Below the pieces are notes generated by a model. That model was not told the origin of the DNA. It did not search any database and saw nothing but the letters and a program-made list of their open reading frames with translations. The position numbers and the translations under genes are program-made. 64,000 bases of DNA, from assembly GCA_012295275.1 (NCBI GenBank), contig CM022670.1, forward strand, positions 29,140,001-29,204,000, given 5' to 3'. This document shows positions 11,552-23,000 of the stretch, in pieces (position 1 is the stretch's first letter; each line of letters starts with the position of its first letter). Origin of the DNA: Chrysomallon squamiferum. Its lineage: Eukaryota > Animalia > Mollusca.

Positions 11552-12757
11552 TCACAGTTCTTCTTTCGGCAATGTTGGTCCTTCATAGAACACATTGTAA
11601 ACTTTCTTTAGACCAACCAAAATTTTCAAAGGCCGACTAGTAAAGTACGTTTGCATCGTTCGAATAATGTCCTTCTGAGCGGTTTCGTAGAGAGGGTTTT
11701 TAATAGCTTGCTCATAGAATTCAACTGTTTCACTCACAGCCTGGAGCCAGGGTGTAGGCGACCACCCTAGCATTTTACGTGCTTTTGTTGTATCAACAGG
11801 TCCCAAACGAACGGAGGGAAATAAATATAGAGGTTGATCCCCAGTATCCGTTTTTATATCGATGTTGGTTAAATTTAGTATGGCTATCATACTATTTACT
11901 ATTTCTAGTAAAGAAGGATTTTCTTCAAAAGCAATATTAAAAGCTTCATCTACTATCTCTGAATTAGACTCTAAACACATAACAACTGCTCTTGCAACAT
12001 CCAAAGAATAAACCAAACTAAGTGGACGGTTCAACAGATGATGTGGAACAGACAATGGTTTTTCAAGATATTTTATAAGTCGCAGCCACATTTGATATAT
12101 CCACCATCTATATGTATTGTCACGTGGTCCGATGACATCAGGAAGTCGAAGAAATATATAAGGAATCCCACCATTTGGTCTCTGGGCAGCCAGTTCTTCT
12201 TCACATTGTAGTTTACCATCACCATAGTCATCTTGATACGCTAATGCAGCACGCTCTTGTTCTGAATACGGTCTTACGGCGTCAGTTTCTCTTGTGGGTT
12301 CGGTATGATTCTTTGAACACACTTCGTATACCGAATCCGAACTGATGTAAATATACAAATCCACTTTACCACGGAATAATTGTACGGCTTCGGAAACAGC
12401 AAACACTTGATAAGCACTGAAATCAACAATGGCATCTAAAGTTGAATTAAGACTTTTTATAAAACTGACCAGTTCTTCACATTTTGTCAGTGTTATGCCT
12501 CTGTCGCACTTAATGTGCCTCACGTGCGGTTTGATCGACTGACTTGAATCCCAGTACCAGTTACCGCGATTAACAAGCGTCAGTGTATGGCCCAATTTCA
12601 ACAATTCTGCTGCAGTAGCTGAACCTATAAACCCATTCCCTCCAAAAATTAAAATGTTTTTCGGCTGATTGGAATTGTCCGAATTTGGTTTGCATCTTCC
12701 GCCATTTGCATTCAAAAGAATCAATCCACAAAGCAACAGTAACTCAGAGGTGTTCAT
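11552..12757 (-). CDS. NAD(P)-dependent epimerase/dehydratase-family (extended/atypical SDR) protein with signal peptide and C-terminal KEEL, 401 aa, intronless CDS
   Basis: Rossmann motif NILIFGGNGFIG, YIYISSDSVY (catalytic Ser), YGDGK (YxxxK), LRLPDVIGPRD, DVARA, LGWSP. Hydrophobic N-terminus ELLLLCGLILL; ends PKEEL-stop. Confidence 0.9.
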   Translation of the reverse strand: MNTSELLLLCGLILLNANGGRCKPNSDNSNQPKNILIFGGNGFIGSATAAELLKLGHTLTLVNRGNWYWDSSQSIKPHVRHIKCDRGITLTKCEELVSFIKSLNSTLDAIVDFSAYQVFAVSEAVQLFRGKVDLYIYISSDSVYEVCSKNHTEPTRETDAVRPYSEQERAALAYQDDYGDGKLQCEEELAAQRPNGGIPYIFLRLPDVIGPRDNTYRWWIYQMWLRLIKYLEKPLSVPHHLLNRPLSLVYSLDVARAVVMCLESNSEIVDEAFNIAFEENPSLLEIVNSMIAILNLTNIDIKTDTGDQPLYLFPSVRLGPVDTTKARKMLGWSPTPWLQAVSETVEFYEQAIKNPLYETAQKDIIRTMQTYFTSRPLKILVGLKKVYNVFYEGPTLPKEEL

Positions 12758-14099
12758 AACTGCAGATTTCGTGTGACGTGTTCATTCGCACTCGGGTTTC
12801 TTCAAGAGCCGAACGATGCACCGTGAAACCTGATATCGGAATTTCCGGTGTGAAGGTCACAATGTCATAACTAAATCTAGAAGTTTATTTCAGTCCCAGA
12901 CATTAGTAAAAGTTTTTATTTAAGCATTTTCGCCACAAAAAATTAGGCATAAGTTCAGCAACACCCCCCCCCCCACGAAGATTAGGAAGGTACAACTTCA
13001 TATAACTATACTTGTGATAAACAGAATAACTTGACATTATTTCCTCCGGTCTAATAAAATAAGAAAGAAAAACCATTTATAAAATTCTTTATATTAAACT
13101 TTAGGAAGGCATCTCATTTTCTTTTTTTTTTTTTTTTTCTTTTTTAAAAGTTTTTCTTTTTTTTTAAATTTCTTTTGACAGTAATAAATACTATTTTAGA
13201 ATATAAATTAATTTGTTTTCGTCATTTCAGTTCGGTTTTAAGATTAGTTTATAAATAATATATTTTAACACACTTTATATATGTACACATATTTACACAC
13301 ACACAAACACACAACCAAACATACATATTTTACCTACTGACAGATTCTCTATTTTCTTGCTGGTATATTTTACAGAGATAAGATTAACTGTTCTTTTGCT
13401 ATAGTGTTGTATTTTATATAGTTACAATAAATAAATGGGTAATTTTGTGTTATTTACAAAGTTATGCAAAATTATATAGTTCATTGTTACAAGTTAAAAC
13501 TGATTATGTTCAGATAAAGAATTCATTCATAGTTAAAGTGTCCTTTGCTGATATGAACAGAATTATCTTTGTTGGTTTGTTTGTTTGTTTGTTGTTGTTA
13601 TTTTTTAAATTTACAAGTTAATGCTAGTCATGATTATTTATTTAACCACCGTTTTAGTTCATACAAACGAAAATTTACAAGCTATAATATTTAATTTCAG
13701 TCACTAATAACACTGAGTATTGTCAAAAGATCTATTATGTTTCTAGTAACTTAAAAGAAAATACTTCTTGTCAATACACCATCACATTTTAGTAGTTCAT
13801 TCTCACAAAAATATATATTTATACATGTGTGTAAAATGTGTTTGCTTATGTAGGTGTCTTTCAATTTTTCTATCAGCCACAAACAAATTGAAGATGGCAA
13901 ATAATTTGAAGAATAGAAAGAAACTCCATGTAATTTGGATGGAAAATCGGGGTAATGTTCTGGCATGAACTTTCAATGCAGACAGCACTTGATTTGAAGC
14001 TGGAAAGTGGGAATATTCACTTAAATTATGAAAAGGCAGACTGTTTGAACATTGCAAATGGCAAGAATTTTTTTTTTTGAAGGATTAAAAGAAAGCAAT

Positions 14100-15420
14100 C
14101 TTTATTGTGTTTTCATGTTCAAACATCTGCTACCAAAAAATCAAAAAGGAATGGACTGCTGGTCAGGCTTATAGTACTTTTGCAGACTATTCTGTGACTG
14201 TCAACTTAAAAAGACACAAGTGCGTTTTGTCAGATTGGTTGTGAATCGAAGAAAACAGGTAGAAGAGACAAAGACTACCAAAAGTCTTTTATTGTTAATG
14301 AAAGAAACGAAAGAAAAATTTGATACAGATATATTTAATTGTTTTTAGATTAAAACCTAATTATATACTAACTGGTCAGAAGAGGGATTACAGTTGTATC
14401 ATTATTTTAGTAGAAAAAGTTGTTTTATACTGGGATGCTATGGGTAGCATTGTTTGTAAAATTGAAGAGGGTAACCAAGTCTTATACTATGAACTTGCTG
14501 TAAAACATCCAGTAAAAGGTCAAATGGGCATTCCTGTTGTCGCTATCATTAGTGAAAACCAAACATTGCCAACAGTGTTAGATTGGATTTATAATTTTAG
14601 AAATACTGAAAAAAGACTGTGGATATAACATTTGCTGTCCTACACTGGTAAGTGATTTTTATCTTGGCAACAATTTTACATTTTAATAATGAAACTTTGA
14701 ATCAATTTTTACACTGATAATGGAAAATTGTGAATCAGTAGTCTGTTTTTCTCAAATGCCCCAAAAACTACTGTTCACATTAGCTCTAGTTATTTCATGA
14801 ATAAGGTGAAAAACTTTAGCCAGAAAAACGTAAGTAAAAAAAAAATGTAGAATATTTCTTTATGTGGTAAGTCTGCTGATCAATAGTAATGACATAAAAG
14901 AAATAAGACAATTGCTACATGATATTTTGATGGTTTTGTCCTCCAGTCATGTAAATCACTATAATGCACAGTTCATAGACAGGTCAATTCATAAAATCAA
15001 CTCTTTTGAAACATCAGTTTCAGAAGAATATTCTGATTTTGATGAATATAATTTTGAACAAGTAGACATAAAAATGTTGCAGCCTGGTTAGTATATAAAA
15101 AGAATTTCTTAGTTTAGCTGAATACTCTCCTTTTAAGTCATTTTCTGAAGTTATCTTAGAAAATTTTAGAAAACCTGCTTGCAAATTAAATTGGATGAAA
15201 ATAGTAATATCAATCCAAATTTTTCAGAAGTATTTCTTGAATATTTAAAAAAAATATACTCTACAGAATAATCTACATCAGAAATTCCCAATACTAAAAA
15301 CGTTGTTCACATGCTGATGAAAACAACGAGCACAACTGAAAATAGGTTTAAAATTCTGAAATATATTAAACAGCAAGGCAGAAACCAACAGATTGGATGA
15401 TTTTTCCAAAAATTTGCATA
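14100..15420 (+). pseudogene. Heavily decayed NOF/Foldback-type MULE transposase remnant
   Basis: Ordered motif fragments across broken frames: VLYWDAMGSIV, LYYELAVKHP..IPVVAIISENQTLPTVLDWIYNF, LVSDF, VHISSSYFMN, TTSTTENRFKILK. These resemble the D/D/CxxH/E motifs of NOF-related Mutator transposases. Boundaries approximate; no TIRs found. Confidence 0.55.
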
Positions 15421-15582
15421 ATCAAACTTTAAGTAAAAAATGGAATGATAAAATAATAATATTATAAATAAATAAATAATTGATAAGCTCAGATTTTTCA
15501 AAAGAATTAAAAATTAAAGTAAAGCAAAGTGAACTAACGACAGTAAACAAAGTTTAAAAAAAAAAAAAAAAACCTTTGTTTT

Positions 15583-15618
<36 letters not shown>

Positions 15619-16074
15619 CTATGTCAATGCATGTGACAAAAAAAGAAAAGAAAAATAAATAAATAAATAAATAAATAAAAAAGATTTTGGAGGCGTTATT
15701 ATTCGTGGTAGATGCGCCTACTGGTTATTTACACATTAATAGAAAAAAAATAATACTCATACTGGAATTGAAAAGGAAAAATAATAGCATATACTTGATT
15801 ATGGAGTTATCTCTAATGACAACGTGGTCCTTTAACCAACCGATAACTCTTTGACGTAACGGTTTCTAAAATTGCTTTATTTTATAATAAAAGTGAATAT
15901 ATTTTATACCTTAGGAGTTTAAACTGTTGCTGAAACTGTTTGTGCGATAAACTGGAGTTATCGTTCGCGGATATCACGGCGGCAGGAATTGTTTGCTTCC
16001 TTTATTTCAGTGTGCTCTTTATCTTAAAGCCGCAGTCGGGTAGCTTTACTACAGATTTCAAGGTTCTGGGTATA

Positions 16075-16786
16075 CAGTATACCCTCACCTATTCGCGGTT
16101 CCCCATTCGCGGCCCCGCATATTCGCGGGTTAGGCTCTTAACCATATCGCATCGTATGCTGGTATACCAGGCTAGCGTCATAACGTCATAAAAACAAATG
16201 CTCGGTAAACCGCACAAACAATATCAAATTTTTTCATTTATTATTGCAATACAGTACGTATTTTTTTTATAAATGCATACACTGTTACTGTATATACAGT
16301 GCATATTTTTTGTGACCGTGTATTAATAATGTTTTTAATTGCATATTATTACCTGAACTGTGCGTACTGTATTTATCTGTCTGTTTTGCCTTTAAATTTG
16401 TTCCACTTTCTGTCAATTCTAATACATATGTTGTACGCATAGAAAATGACTTTACGGTGCAGTAATACTGTATGGGTAACTATGCTATGCGGTGTTACTG
16501 TCCTCATGTACTTACGTTTCTTTCTGATTAAAATATTGTTTCAGTACAAAATTAAAATGTGTTTACATTATCATTACTACATTAGTGAAATACATAACTG
16601 CATGCAATATTACTACATTATTACTGTATTAATGAGTAAGAGTGTCTTTAGAAAGTGTTTGGGAAGCATTTAGTACCGTATATAATCTCATAATAGACGT
16701 TTTAAAACTGCATCCAATATTCGCGGTTTTTCGCTATTCGCGGGGGGGTAAAGAACGTAACCCCCGCGAATAGCGAGGGAATACTG
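16075..16786. mobile_element. Tc1/mariner-superfamily (Tigger/pogo-like) MITE
   Basis: TA|CAGTATACCCTCACCTATTCGCGG ... CCGCGAATAGCGAGGGAATACTG|TA; ATTCGCGG motif repeated subterminally at both ends; no ORF. Confidence 0.85.
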
Positions 16787-19700
16787 TACATTTGCGTAAA
16801 CAGTATTGTACAACAGAGTGAAACAAACGAGTTTTACCGATCGTTCTACATAGATTATCTGTTGGCAGAGTTGCATTAAAAAGCGATTTGTCTAGAATAC
16901 TGAATAATTTAATTAATCTTCATTTATTTATAGTTTTTTCTCTCTTCTTTTCAGGTATACTCTATAATAATTTTTTCTTCTTCTTCTTGTTAATTAGTAT
17001 GATGTTTCATATAATATATATAATATACGAATAATATATATAGATGCGTTGGCAGAAAACTAAAATTATTAAATAATTGTTATTGTCATTCGTAATTCAG
17101 ATGAAATAATTTTATTCAATAAAAGACAGATAAATAAACTTTTGTTATGCTTTGTTTCATAAGACTAAGTGGCGTGAAGTTATTTTGAATATTCATGATA
17201 GTAAATTATTTGATTTTATTGGATTGTCAGTTTTGTTATAAAAGAAAAGGATTACCCAATTTTTATTTTTCTAAAGCAATTGTTCATTTTCATTTACTTT
17301 AGGAACTGTTATAATAAATGAATTGTGTGTTTTACTATATTAGTAGATACAAAATAGACTCATTTGATAAAATTTGAATTAACGTTATTTTCTAGAAAAC
17401 TGGAATTAGGTGGGCCACTCAGAAAGCTTGCCCATGACTGTTCTAGAGCCAAAACCCTTTCTGACAATTTCCTTTTTGTCGAGTCTCAGTCTGTATTTGC
17501 TAAATGACATGATCAACTGTTGGCATTCTATTTATACTGTTTAACCCCAAAAATAAACGAAAACGATTTTCTTGGAAATGAAGTCAAAATGTTTACTTTG
17601 AAAATTTATAATAATTATGTTGGTAACTTAAACAGTTTGAATGAATGTAATAATTACCTGTTCATAACTATTAAAATAATGTTATTTTTAAAATAATAAA
17701 CATTAAACAGAGATTATCAAACAGATACAGGTTGGTAATAATAATTAAATACAAAATGTCAGAATTCTCAAAAAGTTCGAACACTTTTGTATATCCTCCA
17801 TAAAATACAATAATAAAACTGCAAGCATCAGAATTGTGTAAAATCTGATGTAGATCATTAAAGTTTAATTATCCATAAATCATTTAAAAAAAAAAACCTT
17901 TCATAAATATTTTATCCTGACTGGTATGTAGCCAGAGATGAATATGGAATTTATTCAACAAACAATGACATTTCTGTTCTAATAATTTATTTTTCACCTT
18001 TAAAAGAAATATTCATTCAGAATTTTTCCTTTTATTATTAATATCACATCCCATCATCCACTAATGTAACAAAACAGCACAAAAGAAATGACAGGAAAAA
18101 GTAAATAATAAAGATATTTATTTTTGTATGTCTCCACTTCTGAACACTGTCACTTATAAATTATCTTAATGATAAAAATGAAAAAGACTCAAATAAAGAT
18201 CCTTCAGTGACTACAATAACTAATTCCAAATATACATGTTCTTAAAATGTTGAGACAGCCATTTTAAGAATGCATCTTAAGAAAACCATTTATTTGTGAT
18301 CTTTGATATCAGTAGAAACATTCTCAGGCCTTCATGTACACAAACACACCATGAAATGAAGATTTTATGTTTAAAAATAGATTCAGTGTAACCTTAATTT
18401 CTTTCATAATAAAAAACCCCACATAAAACAATATAATAAATATTTTATATAACTGTTTTATGTAACAGAAAGGCTAAAAGTTTACTTCTAAAGGTTTCAT
18501 TAAGATACTCTGAGAGACAAAACATAGTTTATTCAACTCTAGATGATTGAAGTGTTGTGAAATTAGTCGAGCAGTAATAAAGCATAGAAGATAATTAAAC
18601 ATTGTCAAATGCAAGGTTACATAAATTAACAGCATAATTCTGTGGTAACATTTTATTTTTTAGCAAGAAATTAATAGATAAATATAAAATCTGTTACTTT
18701 TTGAAAACCTAGAAATTTAATTATGAAAACAAAGCAGAAATTAAAGCAGATTTTTGTTTTTAAAAGATAAAATTCACTTTGCCAACATACTTCCCACCTC
18801 CCAAGCCATGTTAAGCTGTGTAAAAAGTGAAAATGTGTAACATGATTCTGGACAGTTTCAATAAGGTATTTCTGACCTTATAAAGTCAAACCGAAGATGG
18901 GGAGACATTACATGGCCCTAAAGAATAAAATCATCATTATAAAAAAAACGGGATACAACCAAGATTCATGATAATAAAATCTTTAAAATTTACATCTATT
19001 TCAAATATGATGCACAAAATATAAATTCGTACAACTCTGAAGCTATAATAAATATTAATAAGAAAACGATATTAAGAGTATACTGGTTACAAACATTAAT
19101 TTGCTAATGAAAGCTGAATGAGACCAAAAAGTAGCATGGAACATGATGAAAAATAATGTCAGAATGAAATTACTGAAATCAAAGTGATGACATGATAAAT
19201 GGACACTGACCTGGTGCCATAATAATGATAGACATCTTCAATCAATATAAAACATTAATAACAGAAAACATGTCTTACAAAATGAATAAATAATTACAAG
19301 TCCTGTTTAAAGGTAAATACAGTCAAATTTTAAAATCAAATTTAAAATATCTAAGTAGCTATGAGATTTAAAAAAACAGGATAAATATTAAATATGCATA
19401 TTTAAAAAATGAAATAAAAATAAATTTGGTGGTGATTAAACAGTTTTTTAAAATAACTGTAAACTAATGATTTTTTAATATCTTCTTTCTTGTTTGTTGA
19501 ACTATCAGATTTTTAAATATTTCATGTGTATATATATATATATATATATCTCAAGTTCATTTAATTTATAAAAGAATCTGAAGCATTAATAATTTTATAA
19601 TAAAATCAAATTGTTTAAAATTATTATTTTTGAATTCATTCAGTTTATATTTTGAGATTCAAGTCAAATTCTAAATTGATAATCTAATTCTTTAAAATTC

Positions 19701-20068
19701 TTCAAAAAATAATATACTGATAAAGCTATCTCTAATTAAAAACTTTCTTACAAGCATATTGTAAATCTGCTTCAAAAACGTAACTAAACTGAATAACACT
19801 TTTCCTTTTTTTTAAATCGATTTGTCTTATTGGAACGTAATTAAAAATAACTGTACTTCCTTTTAAATGTAAGAAATAATGAAAATGTAAAAATTAAACA
19901 GACATTAATGTGTAGTAAACTAACATTTTTTAAATACTACTGGTTTTGTTATTTAAAAAAAACCCCTGCATATTAAGACATAAACCTGTTTATGTTTTCA
20001 TAATACAATCTTTCATCTACATACATTTTTCCATACAGTTTAATTTATAATTTATTTGAATGTACAAT

Positions 20069-23000
20069 TCATGTTCTAGGTGGGGTGGGTGTAGATCTTT
20101 TCTTGCTCTTTGGCTTGGCCGTTGTCTGTGTGGATGGTTTCAGCTGTAGCTGGTGGAACTGCAGAGACTGGTGTGCCTGTTGTTGTGGTTTCTGGAATGT
20201 CAGTGCTGTCTGTAGCTGCTGCGCTTGAAGTCCATGCTGTCCTGCGAGTTGCATTAGCTGTTGTGTCGTTATCTGCCCTGTCCCTGCCTGTCCAGGCTTG
20301 CCAACAGTCAATGACGTGACGGGTAAAGCTGTCATTTGGTGACTAGATAATGGCTGTGTCACTTGTGTTAAAACTTATAAATAGCAAAACAAAGTTCAGG
20401 TAAATATCTACAGTTAATATTTTATACAAATTTTTATCATTCATCTTCATCCATTATTACTGTCTATGTGTTCTTCTTTTTCATTTAAAACATTGCTAAT
20501 GCTTAGCAGCATCTTATGTAATTATTACTGACATTATAGTAAATAAATATATTTATAACAGTGATCAAAATCAATTCTTTTAAATCAAAGACTTCATTAT
20601 AAAGCATTTATAACCAAACAGTCTACTAGTTGTAATCACAGATACATACACAAATTATTAAAAGATGTAAAACAACAACTACAGATAAAACCATTTCACT
20701 TTTCAGGACATACAAATACAAATAAAAACAACATAAGAGCCTAAATATTATCATTTTAAAAATACAATGAGGCAGGCTGAGTGAACAGAAAAAAGACACA
20801 CATAATTCGGATAGTATTACCTGTTGAAATAGGAACAGCAGCTGTAGATGTGAGAGGTCTGTTTCCTGTCTGATGTGTAGATGATGTTGGTACAGTCTTT
20901 ATCTGACCTCTTTGTTGTTGCAGACTGACAACCTGAATACCTTGGTGACCCTGAAGCTTAAATAAAATATATTTTTTTAAAAAGTGAAACAGATTATGTT
21001 AATACAGAGGAGTGGAAACAGCCATTCTTAATTATATCCAAAAGATAAAATATTGATAATAAACACATACAGAAACAAAGTATCCAATTCATTTTTGCTG
21101 ACATGTTCTTCTTCAATGATCTTTTTAAAAATAAGATCATTAAAAAAAGATTCTCAAAAAGATACCAGTGCTGCTGTCATTATCCAAAATAAAGAAATGT
21201 TTTATTATTGAAAACATGGAAACAGAACCTGACTAATATCTGAATAACCTGAATGTAATAAAATCAAATCACAATATGCTGTCAGTGACTGTAAACTGAC
21301 AATTAACACATAACATGGTTGTCTGCACACCTGAAGTACTGGAAGTGACTGGCTTGACTGGCGACCCTGAGATTTGGCGCCAACAGGCATGAGCTGTGTG
21401 ATGCTACCAGCCAGACCTATAGGCAGCTGCAACATGTTTGATGTTGGTAGCACTGTGGATGGGTTTGATGCCAATCCTAAATCAAATCATAAAAATAACA
21501 CCAAGTAAGAAAATTAGTATTTGAGAGAAAAAAGGTTTAATCTTACTTTTTAATTATTATTATTATTATTAGTAGTAATAATTAATATTATTTTTCAAAA
21601 TTTGACATTTCTATCAAACTGTCATTAAGAAAAGCCAGCATTTTTTTCAAATATGCATGCCTTATTCTTTTAAACTGTTTTTAATGTCAGAAGCTCCCAT
21701 CAAAGGCAATTAATAAAATAAAATTATATTACATACTCAGACAATAACATATTAAAGAAACAGAAAATTCTGATAGTATAACCTGTTGACATTATGGCTT
21801 GAGATGATACAATAGTATTTGTTGTTGTTGACGATGTTCCACAAGAGGTAGTTGTTGGAAGTGTTACCATAGTTACATATGTATGTGGGGATGTTACAAT
21901 ACCACCATCAATTCCCTGTACAAAAACAAAACAATTAAAAATCATAAGCATGGATGCATTTAAAAATTATGTACAAAATAAAACTGACTTATGAAGACCG
22001 ACTAAAACCATCAAGATAACTGTCATTATTATTATTTATATAAAATGATTATTAGTATTCTTCATTCTTTAGGAAATCCAAAACAGTTCACATTTGCCCT
22101 ATGAACAAAAAAACAAAAAATCCCTAAAATTTAATAAAATCTATACCAAACTTATTGGTGCCTCAGTGGTCATTACATTAGTGAACTAACTTACCTGATT
22201 AACTGTGGCTGTACTGGAGGTACTTGTAGGCTCTGATGATGACACAGCAGTCACTACATTAGGCAATGAACTGACTATGATGCCTGCTTGGTTCTGCAGA
22301 ATGGAAGGGTTAGTGTTGATCAGTGTAATAGGAACAGGCAGAGCAATTCCACCAGGCACTGAAACACCTGTAAGTGACACCTGCATGTTCTGCAATCCCT
22401 AGAAATAACAAAATAAATATGAACAACAGAACATTAAAACTATTTATATCATTCGTGTAATATAGCTGATAGGTCAGATACATAAATTCTGATTATCTAT
22501 CTTAAATTTCATACAATTATTTTACTTTGGAGATTTTGGAAGAGATTTATAAAATAAACATAAATATTATAACATAATATAATGAATATGTGTTCTTTCT
22601 TGTCTGCAGTTGTTTTTAATCTTAAAACAAATGAAGTGTTATACAGCTCAAGACAAAATAAAAAGAGTGAAATTAAAACCTGAAGATTAGTAATGTTCAC
22701 TCCTTGAAGTCCAAGACCTTGGATACTGAAGTTCTGAGGCAAACCACCTATGTTAGCAATGTTGATACTTGTCGTTAATGTGGTACTAGGATTATTTTCT
22801 GAAAAACAACATCCACAAATACTGTTAACAATCTGAAATTATTTTTCTACAAAAAAATAAATAAATAAATAAAATCAGTGACTTAATTAAATTTAAAAAT
22901 TAATTATGTATAAACATTATTTTATATCTTAATCTGTAATTCTTTATTATAACAAAGCATTTTCCAGTTTAGGTATTTCATTAGTTTTTGTATATAACAA

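Noticed and set aside
12774-12848. TGACGTG (UPRE/CRE-like) and paired ETS-like CGGAATTTCCGG upstream of the SDR gene
   Set aside because: Attractive for an ER protein, but short motifs arise by chance; TGACGTGT does not match the full UPRE and is only 17 nt from the ATG.
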